This document shows, one piece after another, positions 24,163 to 37,104 of a stretch of 64,000 nt of DNA. How positions within the stretch are numbered: position 1 is the first letter of the stretch; the number at the start of each line of letters is the position of its first letter. Position numbers and translations under genes: made by a program. The DNA comes from Octopus sinensis (taxonomy: Eukaryota), in contig NC_043007.1 of assembly GCF_006345805.1 (NCBI RefSeq), positions 60,636,001-60,700,000 of the forward strand. Reading direction: 5' to 3'. The notes beneath the pieces are model-generated. The model saw nothing but the letters and a program-made list of their open reading frames with translations. It ran no database searches and was not told the origin of the DNA.

Positions 24163-24249
24163 TATACTGGCCGACCAAGCATGGCATTTGATATAAGCAA
24201 CACACCCAAATTAGCTCGTCGCAGACAGAAAGGGCGGTCTACAATTTTA
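24163..24249 (+). CDS. NUMA1: NuMA/Mud-like protein, tail exon with SMAFxIxNTPK motif (absent from ORF track)
   Basis: CATTTTCAG acceptor; YTGRPSMAFDISNTPKLARRRQKGRSTIL; TTA|GTAAGT donor. Matches human NuMA SMAFSILNTPKK (recalled). Confidence 0.85.
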
Positions 24250-27200
24250 GTAAGTTAAATATGAACAAAGGAAAAATATGTTACACATTCTATGTTCAAG
24301 TGTGATTAACATTTGTATGGTTGTGTGTTCAATGTTTGTATGTTTATTTTGTTTTGAAGAAGTTCAATTGTACAAAGAATTTTCGCCCTAAAGATCATTC
24401 TAGTGATTTCTCTTCAGATCAATAATTGACCTGATTTTGATTCTCCCCTACATGATCTTCCCATTGACTCTGTATTACAGTAGATTTTCTTTACCTGGCT
24501 TCTATTAACACCCTCTGCTGTTGCAGCAAGTCACTACGGCTGCTACACTATTTCCTTTGATGCCTTTAGCATTTAAATTTTAGAAAGCATTTTCTATTTA
24601 CTACCATTACTTATAAATATTTCATCAAATTAACTCACTTGAGAGCTCAGCTTTAAGAAAAAAAAAATTTTTTTTAAAAACATTACTGTAATATTTGTTT
24701 TGCTATTTCTCAGAAATTTCATTCTTGTTAAATATTGAATTCTTTTTTTGAGATCATCATAGGCCTTTTCTGTTTTATTTTCAATGTTAGCAAGAATTAG
24801 CAAGATATTCAAAATATACCTTCCTCATTAGATGACATTTATTTATATGGTTTACTTAGGTCAAAGGAGCCCAAAAACCTTTACTGACTCTTTAGTTTAC
24901 GTCCATTTTCAATATCTGTAAGTGGATGTCTACTGAAAATAAGTTGGTAGGTATGAAATACTGGAGGTAAAAGGATTGGGTATAGTATTTAATGTAGTAA
25001 GACACAGGATAGACTAATGTATCAGGTGGACTGGAAAGATGATATATAATTAGCTAGAAACCATTTAACTTTTTGGCTGTAGCTTAAAGCTTGTTCGCCT
25101 ATTATTTCTGATCATCAATCCTCATTCATCCACTAGCCTCAGGTTGGGTGGGCTGTCTTGAGCTACATGCATTAACTTATTAGCACCAAATTATTCATTT
25201 TAAAATCATTATTGCAATGTATATTAACTGAATCTTTTCCAAAGGACAACCAATTTCTGTTTAAAACAGGCTAAGTATAGTCTAGCTAAGTATAGTCTAT
25301 TATGTACATAAAAAACTGAATGTAAAGAACCAGAAAGCAGTTTTACATTGACAGAATTGTGCAATATGTACAGAAGTAACTTTGGGGGCAATTGACAATA
25401 CCTGCCAATTAATAGGGTTCTGCAAACAGAGTGGAAGCTATCCATGGTGTAAGCAAGAAAACCAAGTCATCCGGAAGAAACCATGGGTCACATTTGAGGA
25501 TGTTGGGTCTTGTGAAAGATTATGCAGAATCAAAACATTCAGACATATACTGTACTGCAAACTTGTTCACCTTATGCTGACATATTGAAATGATAGGATC
25601 TTCACAAGAGAATATTTAAATTGGTCACATTGAAATTAGTTCAGGTAGGGATGATGGCAAATATGCCATTAAACAAATTTATTTCACTCTTGCCAACATA
25701 GAAAATTGAAAATTAAGCTGGTTTTGGTGGTCTTCCACTTTTTTTTCATCTTTTTTGAGTGGAATGCATCTAGTTTCAGTTGCAGGTCATATCACATGAT
25801 ATGTTAGATTTCAAATATATATATATATATACAATAAAGCAGTGAACTGGCAGAATCATTAGAATGCCAAGCAAAATGTTTAGAAACATTTCTGTCTTTA
25901 TGTTCTCAGTTCAAATTCTGCCAAGGTCAACTTTGCTTCTCATCCTTTCAGAGTTAAGAAAATAAGTACCAATTGAACATTGGGATCCATATAATCGACT
26001 CACCCACTCCCCTGAAATTGCTGGCCTTGTGCCAAAATTTGAAATCTTTGTATATATACAATATGTGTTTTTGTTTAATTCTATCTCAGCTCACAAGTGA
26101 ATGGTAAGATTTTCATTTGCCCTAACTTAACCACTAATTCCGTATTGACATTCCTATTACAAAATACTGAATGTTGTGACATTTTTATTTCACAAGTTCT
26201 ATCCTTATTACCAGAACCTGCAGGGTATTTTTTTTTTCCATCAGCTGAAAGCTAATTCTGGATCTTATCAGTAATCAATACTTATGTTGTTTTGCATCAT
26301 TTAAAATAATGTCAAAATAACAAACGTTGCCCAGAATTAACCCAATATTGAAAAGTAACAAAATTCTTGAAATGTTTTATTGGTGTATGTGTAAAAAGCA
26401 AGGATATTATTTACTGACTTTTCTGGCCCTTTAAGTCTGAAAATAGGGATAACTGGGTAATTTAACCGTTTAGCATTCAGATTATTCTGTCAAATATAAT
26501 ACTCATTTATTCATATTGTTTTGAATTAGTTATGTATTATCTCATAGCTATGAGATTCCAATGATGTGGTTGTTTGTTGTTAGAATGACAGTGTAGGGCA
26601 GGTGTTTGAAGCCTGATCTGGCCTGTTTGAACATAAAACATTTAGAGTATTTAAGCTAGATATGGCCAGTTTGAATGCTAAAGGGTTAAAGCATTTACTG
26701 TTCATATGAATTAAGAGACTTGGTGGTGGTGGTGGGGTTAGCACGAGGCAAAATATGGATCCAAAAAGGGAGTGAGGCACTGCAGAGATAACAATAGGAA
26801 GGGATGTGGTTTTAAAATGATATTTTGTGCATTTGGTGTAGATCTGGTCAGTTGTAGATATATGGTGTTACTTAAAACAATTTCAATTCACATGCACAAG
26901 AACTGTTGTTTGACTTGTAAATTAAATGTTGAAAGACATTTAGAAAATTACAAAACCTTTTTATAAAAATTTAGCTTTGTTTTTTTACAATTAGAGCTGT
27001 GTGACACTTGTAAACAGGCTGAGTATGATGTTAGAATGATGTTATTTGCCTTTGTATTGTTTTATTTCATAAAACTGTTTGGAAAACATATATTTTATGG
27101 TGACTACAGATGACCATGACAATAGTGTGTCTACAAAGGAACGGATTGATAATTCCTGTCCTCACAATACTGCAGTATCTTCATGGCCTCTCTTTAAATA

Positions 27201-27569
27201 GATATGATTAGGAAGATATGGTTTAGCATAGAGGCTAGCAGAAACATTGTACAATTAACAATTTACTTTATCTTAGAACATTACCTACTACAAATTTGAG
27301 TTATGGTGGAGGCATCAAATGCTAGAGTTCTAATCAGTTTTATGACCACCACACCCTAAAGCACTTGGTATGAATAAATCTTTTAGAATGCCATTTATGT
27401 GTTATTTTGCCTCTAATGATTGAAGTATGGGTGTATTGGTGAGAAAGGGGTTTTAAATTATATAGTTTTAGTAAATAACTTGAAGGTTAGTGCCTTCTAA
27501 AATCAGTTATGAAAAATGTGTAACTTTATTTAAGCATGACTTGAAGGACTAAACTGTCCTATGTATGTG

Positions 27570-27623
<54 letters not shown>

Positions 27624-28153
27624 TACATACGGAAGTACAATTAAAGGTTAAAAATCTCATTCAGGGATAGCAAAATCCTATAAAAGTACTGGTTACCTAT
27701 ACAAAGAATATTGAACATTACATTTAATGCTCAACTGCAAGGTAACTATATAAACCATGGTTTCATCATCATCATCGTTTAATGTCCGTTTTCCATGCTA
27801 ACATGGGTTGGACGGTTCGACCAGGGTCTGGGAAGCCAGGAGGCTGCACCAGGCTCCAGTCTGATCTGGCTGTGTTTCTACAGCTGGATGCCCTTCCTAA
27901 CGCCAACCACTCCGTGAGTGTAGTGAGTGCTTTTTATGTGCCACCGGCACTGGTGCCAGGCAAGGCTGGCAATGGCCATGATTGGTTGGTGCTTTTTATG
28001 TGCCACCGGCACGGAAGCCAGTCAAGGTGGCGCTGGCATCGGCCACGTTCGGATGGTGCTTTTTACATGCCAACTACACAGGTATCACAACTACAATTTC
28101 CATTTGATTTTTTGTTGTTGATGTACTTGACTTAATAGATCTCATTTATTATA

Positions 28154-28410
28154 ATGAGAAAATAGAGAAGTAATTAATAAATTATTATTTATTAATTAAA
28201 CATCCATTACAGTTGTTTCACTTCCAGACTTTCAGAAAATTAAATTAAAAATTATTTTGTATATCCTTAACTACCTCTAAAGAGGTTCAACTTTCAAATT
28301 TTTAATTGAATTAATTTTCTGAAGTCTGGAATTAAAACAGCTGTAAGGGATGCTTGTCAATTTTTTAATCAATAAATAATAATTTATTAATTACCTCTCT
28401 ATTTTCTCAT
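28154..28410. mobile_element. AT-rich palindromic MITE
   Basis: ATGAGAAAATAGAGAAGTAATTAATAAATT... versus ...AATTTATTAATTACCTCTCTATTTTCTCAT; internal TTCCAGACTTTCAGAAAATTAA / TTAATTTTCTGAAGTCTGGAA also pair. Confidence 0.8.
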
Positions 28411-31404
28411 CTTATTATATATATGTGTGTATATATATATATATATATCATTGTCATCGTTTAATGTCCATCTTCCATACATGCATGGGTGGGATGGATG
28501 ACAGGAGCCGGCCAGGTAGTAAAACTACCCAAGGCTATTGTGTCTATTTTGGCAGGGATTTTATGGCTGGATGCCATTCCTAACACCAACTATACCACAG
28601 AGTGGACTCAGTGCTTTTTATGTGGCACTAGCACAGGCAAAGTTAGTTTTGGCATGATTTTTACAGCTGGATGCCCTTCCAAACAACAACCACATTACAT
28701 TGTGGACTGGATGCTTTTAACATGGCACCAGCACTGGCAAGGTAACCAACTAACTCACAAATCAAGGGATTGTGAGAGGGGCAGGGTATTTGAGGAGGAG
28801 AACCTGTGTCGGAGGATAAAAGGTAAGTGTGACAGAGAGACTGAAGCAGGTGTCTGCCTCAACGGAAGGAGCATTAGAGGAGGTGATCCAGTATCATATG
28901 ATGACAGCTTAGTGTAACAGTGAAATAGGTGTCTTGCTATAGAGAGTGTACATGGTTACCTGGTGAGAGAGAGAGATTTCTATGCTTCTGAATTTGAGGT
29001 TTTCTCTTTAGGAATTATCAGATTACAACCTTTACATTATATACCCACACTCATTAGAGTCTAATAAGGAGTATTCTGGTAAATATATTTATTGATTAAA
29101 ATGGTTTATAATTATTATTTAGCTAAGTGTTATCAATGTCTGTTTCTGACACCATACTGAAACTATTCAAAAGTTTTGATATTTAAATAATTCTCTAACT
29201 GCTAACATCATTCATTAATCTGTCACTTTATGCCTAACTAAGAAATCAACATTATTATTTATTTTGTATTGTGATTGTTAACAGAAAATTCTTCCAACCC
29301 AAAATATTATAACAATTTTTTTGTTTTTTTGAGAACTGGAGAGGAGTACTTTCCAAATTTTTTCTATCATTTATTAATTTTTTTTTGTATTTATATTTAT
29401 ATAACTTAGCCATACCCTGTTATTCTTGAAATCATTTTAGCCAGTTTTGTGATCTTTATTGTTGTTGATTCTAAATTAGCTTCTATTTCTTGTTATTGTC
29501 TACAGTTAGTTAATACAGCTAATTCTCTTCTCCATTCAAATACTAATCTTTATAGTTATCAGTCTTTCATGGTGACCATTTGTATATCACATAACTAAAA
29601 TTGCACCATAAACTCTAGATTTCCATAGTCCTGAAGAGTTTTCACTTGATTAGAGAAAAAGAGGAAGAGGAAGCTTCGCTAGTTCCTTTATACACTCAAC
29701 ACTCGTTCTTCTTCCATTATATTCACTACCTCAGCCATTCTCCATCTCACACTCTCCCATTTACTCTTTCGACTTCTCCCTACCCACACTCCCAGTTCTT
29801 CCTCGCTCATTCACTTCTACTCACCTCATATCTTGAGGGTTCGCATTGCTACCTCTTCACCACTAATTTATCTCTTCCTCAATTACCCCTTCCCTATTCT
29901 AAATTTCTTTACAGCAAGAAACTTGTTTTGCTCTAGCCCCTTTTCTCATACTTTAACCTCTCATCTCCTTGCATAAAGCTGCCTTTCTTTGGGGTTTATA
30001 GTCTTGGAAACTGCATGGCAGCATCACCAGTGCTGGTGGCATGAAAAATGCATCTAGTACACCCTGTAAAGTGGTTGGTGTTAGGAAGGACTCAGAAATC
30101 ATGTCAAAGTAGACATTGGAGCACAATGCAGTCTTTGGACACATCAGTTCCTATCAAACTGTTCTCACCCATTCAAGCATGGGATACAGACATTAAATAG
30201 CAATGATGTTAATGATAAACTTCAGTTTTAATTCAACTTGTATTGCAAAACAGAATCATCTTTAAAAGGTGTCAATAAAATATGTTGGTATTAAAGAGAT
30301 GGGACTAAAACAAATAGGACCTTGTTTAGAATGCAGAGAACAAATATAAACAATTTCACTATCAGACACATGGTGTCTTAATTCATCTACAAAATGTAAG
30401 TTTTCACTTCTCATGTGATACATGAGATCTTTTGGTGATTTTTACATATAAAACATATCACATCAAGTAAGTTATGATGGGAAGAAAGGCCTAATATTTT
30501 TGAGCACCTTTCATTAAGGCAAGACTAATACTTCAGATTTCAGATAGCAAAATCTCAGAAAAATAGCAAAGGATATGCCTCTGGGTATTATCAGACTCGG
30601 CAAAACCGCAAATACTTCACTAAAATGTGGATATTATCCTTGTGTAGTTGGGCAGTTGTAAAATCAGCCATTTCCACCATTTTCTGCGTTTTTCTCAAAA
30701 TGACATTTCTGACTATGAGTAGCAATCTTTAGGTCACGATATCTCTGAGAATAATTGATGTAATAGGCTGAAATTTTGCATGTATTACTTTGATACTTGC
30801 CTAGTGTGATTAGACACTTGAATGCTACTACCCAGGGGTCAAAATCGCTTGAACTGTTGCATATGGCTATGAGCGACCCCACAATGAAATCTAGGCTAAC
30901 TTCATCAATGTCTTTGATTCAGCATCTAGTCTGTACCCCAATCTGTTGGTATTCCAAGTTAGAGCATATTATCTTTGATAGTTTGGTAGAAAAATTGACC
31001 TAAAATAAGGGTGTGTTTGCCTTGTTGGTCATTTTGAATTTATAATTAGGTCATGAATAGATATGAAAATTTGAATATTATGATTTTTGATAGAACTAAC
31101 ATTGTTCTTGATATATGCCATATTTGGTTTGCCTGGGTTTTATTCCTGCTGAGTGAGAACATCGTCAATTTAGGAGTGTTTTCCTACATCTGAGATGTTG
31201 GTCTTGCCTTAAAGAAATGACAAAGAACACTGCTGAAAATCTTAATTTCCCTCTACTTCACACTGCAACAAAATATTCCACTTTATGTATTTTTTCGTAC
31301 TAATTTTATTGTTGTATACTGTTATTACAGAATCTTTGAAATCTTGTAATTAGAATTGATTAAATATTTTGGTTTTTAATGTTAACTTAAAATTGTCATT
31401 TCAG

Positions 31405-31467
31405 CACGAAGCTCAGCCTGAGAGAAAACCCTTGAGAACAAGAAATTTCACACAAACAAGTCTTTGA
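31405..31467 (+). CDS. NUMA1: Probable terminal coding exon of the NuMA/Mud-like gene
   Basis: TTGTCATTTCAG acceptor, phase 0; HEAQPERKPLRTRNFTQTSL-stop; followed by AT-rich UTR-like sequence with AATAAA at 31766. No homology support available. Confidence 0.45.
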   Translation, partial: HEAQPERKPLRTRNFTQTSL

Positions 31468-32052
31468 ATTTAGTATCTTTGAGTGTAATTGTTAATGTAA
31501 CTTGGGCCATGCTTGTGTAATCTGAATCTGAAGTCTACCAGGGAAATATTAACACTGATGAATGAGTGAAAGTTAAAAAACGTTTGTTTTTTTTTATTTT
31601 TGTCCCTGAATATTTATTTATCCAAATCTCTACCCTCTTTCACTATTTTTATTTTGTTTTATATTTTATTTTATTTTATATTTTAATATATATATATATA
31701 TATATTCTTTTACTTGAAGGTCTTTTTTAAATATCATAATTTGTTTCTAAACGTTTTTAATCGCAAATAAACTCAATTTGAATTTGGCTGTCTCTGAACT
31801 TCCTTTGAGTAAATGGTCCTTTCTATGTGAACCAACCAGATACTTACTAGCAAAAGGGTAGAAAGCAATAAGAACATACATAAAAATATAAATTGTCAAG
31901 TACATAAATTCTTAATTTTGGACCAACAAAAATGCATATTTTCTAGTGCATAACTTTCTCTTAAAAAAGATTCAACAAAAATTTACTCTAGAAAGCATTT
32001 TACATTAGCCCGCCCGCATAGCTCAGTCAGTAGATGATGAATTAACATTTTT

Positions 32053-32893
32053 TTTTACATTCATCTCTCAAACTGGCAGATTTTGTTTTCCACTTATCCC
32101 TCTTTGAAATAACTAAAGCTTGCTGATGTTTCTAGCCAAGAGGTTGAGAAGTTGGGTATTATGTACAATAAACCAGTGTGTGCTTGTGTTGTGTGTCAAA
32201 CTTCACAACTTGTGTTCCTTAAAACTGAAAGCTATTGGAATGTTAAATGAGTCATTCTTTCTGTGACATGAAAGTGTTTCTTATTTCATCATCATCATCA
32301 TCATCATCGTTTAACGTCTATTTTCTGTGCTAGCAACACTACCTATTTTTATCTGTCTTCCAAACATCCAGTTTTTCATGTAAAACGTATTGTAGCAGCA
32401 TAAATTTTTATGTCAACAAATGTTTTGTTTCCAGATTTTTAACTGTAAAAAGACATTTTGTACAATTAAGACAATTTTACATTCATCTCTCAAACTGGCA
32501 GATTTTGTTTTCCACTTATCCTTCTTTGAAATAACTAAAGCTTGCTGATGTTTCTAGCCAAGAGGTTGAGAAGTTGGGTATTATGTACAATAAACCAGTG
32601 TGTGCTTGTGTTGTGTGTCAAACTTCACAACTTGTGTTCCTTAAAACTGAAAGCTATTGGAATGTTAAATGAGTCATTCTTTCTGTGACATGAAAGTGTT
32701 TCTTATTTCATCATCATCATCATCATCGTTTAACGTCTATTTTCTGTGCTAGCAACACTACCTATTTTTATCTGTCTTCCAAACATCCAGTTTTTCGTGT
32801 AAAACGTATTGTAGCAGCATAAATTTTTATGTCAACAAATGTTTTGTTTCCAGATTTTTAACTGTAAAAAGACATTTTGTACAATTAAGACAA
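32053..32893 (+). repeat. Near-perfect tandem duplication of about 420 bp
   Basis: 32053-32474 versus 32475-32893; two substitutions and one CAT-unit indel seen. Confidence 0.95.
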
Positions 32894-33827
32894 ATATTCC
32901 AAGTTAGTTATTCTCCTCAATCTGGGATCTTGAAATGTGTTAATATGGGTGAGAAAAATGTAAGAGTGAAATGTGAAGAGGAAGAGAATTGAGCAATACT
33001 TGTGGCTAAATATATCCAATGTTAACTGAATCAAATACTGATTTCTAACATTGAAACAAGGCTACAAATTCTTTGGTCAGTTAAATTAATCTCCCATAAC
33101 CAATTAGTACTTTGGTGATCTTGGATGAATGAGTGGACCTTGGTATTTAACTCAGAATGTAAAGTATAACTAAATACTACAAGGATTCTGTAAATCAACC
33201 AACCTTTAATAGAAATAAAATAAGAACTAAAATACATCTGCTTGACGGTATTCTAAAAAAAATTACAATTATGAAATGGTTTTAATTTAAAGGAAAACAT
33301 TAAAAAACTTTAAATCATCATTGTTTTGATGTTCCATTTTTTGAATGGCTTTTGAATTACAGCTCTATTTGGTGTGTCTTCAAGTGACATCTTGTATATA
33401 ATGGTTAGTTTGTTTTTTTTAAGATTTGATTTCTTCTAAAGTTACTTTCATGGTTATCTGCCCATTACAAATATGACATTATTTGTGCATTCACATTACA
33501 TATTTTTAACATAGCAACTACTCTGCAGAAATGTCTGTATATGTCTTTGCATCTGTGTTTGACCTATCACAGCTTGATATTGGTGTTAGTGTGTTTACAT
33601 CCTTGTAACTTAGCAGTTCAGCAAAAGAGACTGATTGAATAAGTACTAAGCTTTAAAAAAAAAAAAAATCCTGGAGTCGATTTGTTTGACTAAAACCCCG
33701 GCCGCAGTCGAATGACTGAAACCAGTAAAAGAATAAAAATGTAAACTGAGGATAGTTGAGCTGGTGAAGTTGCTTAGAAGATCATAGTAAAAATCTGTTT
33801 TATATGAATCATTCACTTTTCATGAGG

Positions 33828-36800
33828 TCATCGTTGTCGTTGTCGTTCAATGTCTGCTTTCCATGCTGGCATGGGCTGGATGGTTTGACTGAGGTCTGAC
33901 GAACCAGAAGGCTTCACCAGGCTCCAATCTGACCTGGCAAAGTTTCTACAGCTGGGTGCCCTTCCTAATGCCAACCACTCCAAGAGTGTAGTGGGTGCTT
34001 TTACGTGCCACCTGCACGAGGGCCAGTCGGGTAGTTCTGGCAACGACCACGCTCAAAAGGTGTTTTTTACGTGCTACCTATACAGGAGCAAGTCCAGTGG
34101 CACTGGCAACAACCATGCTTGAATGGTGCTTTTTATGTGCCACTGGCATGGGAGCCAATCAGCGACCCTGGCAACGATCACACTCAGATGTGCTTTTAAC
34201 GTTCAACTGGCACAAGTGCCAATCAGGTGGTACTGTGATTGGCCACGTCAGCGATTTTGATTTCACTTGCCTCAACAGGTCTTTGCAAGCAAAGTTTATT
34301 GTCCAATGAATGAAAAGTACTAAGTGGGCTGGTTACACCCACTGGCATAGACCATGGATTATGGTCTCACTTGGCTTGTTGGGTATCCTCAAGCACAGCA
34401 TATCTCCAAAGGTCTCAGTTACTAGTCATTGCCTCAGTAAGGCCCAATGTTCAAAAGTTGTGCTTCACCACCTCATCCCAGGTCTTCCTGGGTGTACCTC
34501 TTTCACAAGTTCCCTCGACTGCTAGGGTGTGACACTTTTCCACACAGCTATCCTCATTCATTCACAACACATGACCATACCAGCACAGCCTTCTCTCTCT
34601 TGCACACCACATCTGATGCTTCTTAAATCCAACTTTTCTCTCAGGGTGCTTACACTCTGTCGTGTATGCACACTGACATTACACATCAAGCGGAGCATAC
34701 TGGCTTCATTCTTTGCAAGCTTACGCATGTCCTCAGCAGTCACAGCCCATGTAGCATGGCTGTTCATACACATGCATCATACAGTCTGGCTTTTACTCTG
34801 AGCGAGAGGCCCTTTGTTACCAGCAGAGGTAGGAGCTCTCTGAACTTTGCCCAGGCTATTCTTATTTTAGTAGCGACACTTTCAGAGCATCCACCCCCAC
34901 TACTGACTTAGTCCCCTGGGTAACGGAAGCCACCAACTACTTGTAGTTTTTCTCCCTGGAATGTGGCAGAAGTTGTTCTCTGCACATTTTCAGTGTTTAT
35001 TGCTCCCGAGCATCTGCCACATACAAAAACTATCTTCCCAGTTAGCCTTCTTTGATATTACTGCACCTCTTATGTGTCCATAGCTTACACTAGGTACATC
35101 TTATGGAGTTTCTGCCTACGCCTTTTCTACAGATCGAGCAGGGCCATCTACCTGAAGGGATTTGTGGTTTGTCTGCCTTCCTATTTATTAAGACTTTGGT
35201 TTTAGCTAGGTTGACTCTAAGGCCCTTTGATTCTAATCCTTGCTTCCATACCTGAAGCTTTTCCTCTAGTTCTGATAGTGACTCAGCAATTAGAGCAAGG
35301 TCATCAGCATAGAGGAGCTCCCAGGGGCATCCTGTCTTGAATTCCTCTGTTATTGCCTGGAGGACTATGATGAATAAGAGGGGGCTGAGGACTGTTCCTT
35401 GGTGGACCCCTCTCCAGAATTTTCACTGTACTCGTTGCTAACCCTCACCTCACTGACAGCATCCCTGTACATGGCTTGCACAGCTCTCACTAACCATTCA
35501 TCTATCCCTAATTTCCTCATTGACACAAGATAAGGAATCAGAGGACCCTATGCAAAGGCTTTCTCCATGTTAATGAAAGTACAAAGGTTTATCTTTGGCT
35601 AGGTATTTCTCTTGCAGCTGTCTTATAGCATCAGTGGTGCAAACCCAAACTGCATCTCATCAAGACTGACTCTCTCCCTAATTAGTTGGGCTATGACCCT
35701 CTCCATGACCTTCATTATCTGATCCAATAACTTGATACCTCTGTAATTATTTGTATCTAAAGCATCACCTTTACCTTTGTAGCAGTTGACTATGGTGCTG
35801 CTACACCAGTCATTGGGTATGACTCCTTTGTGTATCAACTATACGGGTGACTAGGCTATAGCCGACATCGTACACATATTTTGAGCATCTCTGCAGTGAT
35901 TCCTGAATGGCCAGGGGCTTTCCCTGTTTTCATACTCTTGATTGCTTTATCTACCAAGGTACTGTCAATTCGAATAGCTGGTCCCTCTGTTGGGTCAGCA
36001 TTCAGCAGACTCTCTTTCTCCCATTCACTCTCATTATTTATTTAGTGGCGTCTCCACCCCCTCTGCAGCCTTGCTTAATGCAAGTGAACCATCATCAATG
36101 CGGACACATTTCTTTCCTACGACATCACAATTCTTTTTCACATGCTGTCTTGCAACACAAAATACTTCAAGTCTTTGGTCCTCACAATGCAGAACATTGG
36201 CAAATTTTTTCTTATCTGCTTCCCGTCTGGCGAAATAAACCTGTCTCCTAGCTTCCATTCTGGCAGTCTGATACAGTTCCCTGCTACCACTACACTTTCA
36301 GTCCTTCCATGCCTGTTTCTTTTCCTTAATGGCCCTGTCAACAACATTGTTCCACCACCATGTTACCTTGGGTTGAGAGGGGACTTTGCACCATCCACAG
36401 ATCTGGTGAGTGGCCCTCAGCAGGTTGTCTTACACATATGTGATGCTATATCCCCCCCTACTTCATCAAAAGCTTTGAGTAATACGTCTCTAAATCTCTG
36501 TCCATTCACAGGATCTTTAAGCTTCCAGACCCTTCTCCTCCGTGCTGGTCGTCTTCTGGGCATCCACTTAGCCCTGATCCTGAAGTCACTAATTACCAGT
36601 CTATGTTGTGGGGCACATTCTTTGCCTGAGAAGGTTTTGGAATTTATAAGCAGCCATCTTTTCCTTTTTCTGGTGAGGATGTAGTCAATTTGGCTAGTGT
36701 GTCTACCAGATCGGTAGGTGACTGGAAGGTTTCCTGAAGTTAGTATTGCAAACCATAAGATCATTTTCATCTCAGAACTCCAGCAGCATGGTTCCCTCCT

Positions 36801-36880
36801 CATTTTGTGAACCAAAATCATAGCCTTCATGTACACCATGGAAGCTCCATGCATATTGTCCAACAAGGGCAATGTTCTTA
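33828..36880 (-). mobile_element. Older, multiply frameshifted RTE family A LINE with end of APE endonuclease, RT remnants and 3' UTR
   Basis: TYRSGRHTSQIDYIL and PQHRLVISDF (APE C-terminus), NYRGIKLLDQ, MQFGF, TWAVTAEDMRKL; nucleotide similarity to 50237-52703. Confidence 0.92.
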
Positions 36881-37062
36881 TTGGATGGCTGTTTTAGAAG
36901 TAGAAGAAAAAGACCTGTCAACTAAGTACAACATGTAAAGCTAGAAGTGAAAGACATTTAGATAACTGCTATTGAGAACTCCTTCCCATACACCTCAGCC
37001 TCATTCTGTGCACATCATACATATACACAGAGACCATATCTCAACCTAAACTTTCACCACCC

Positions 37063-37104
<42 letters not shown>

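Noticed and set aside
24360-24425. Alternative terminal exon of the NuMA-like gene (KFNCTKNFRPKDHSSDFSSDQ-stop)
   Set aside because: Plausible AAG acceptor, but no homology or other support; not annotated without transcript data.
25380-25590. Possible extra exon or small gene between the tail exons and the last exon
   Set aside because: Open frames exist, but there is no convincing acceptor/donor pair or recognisable motif.
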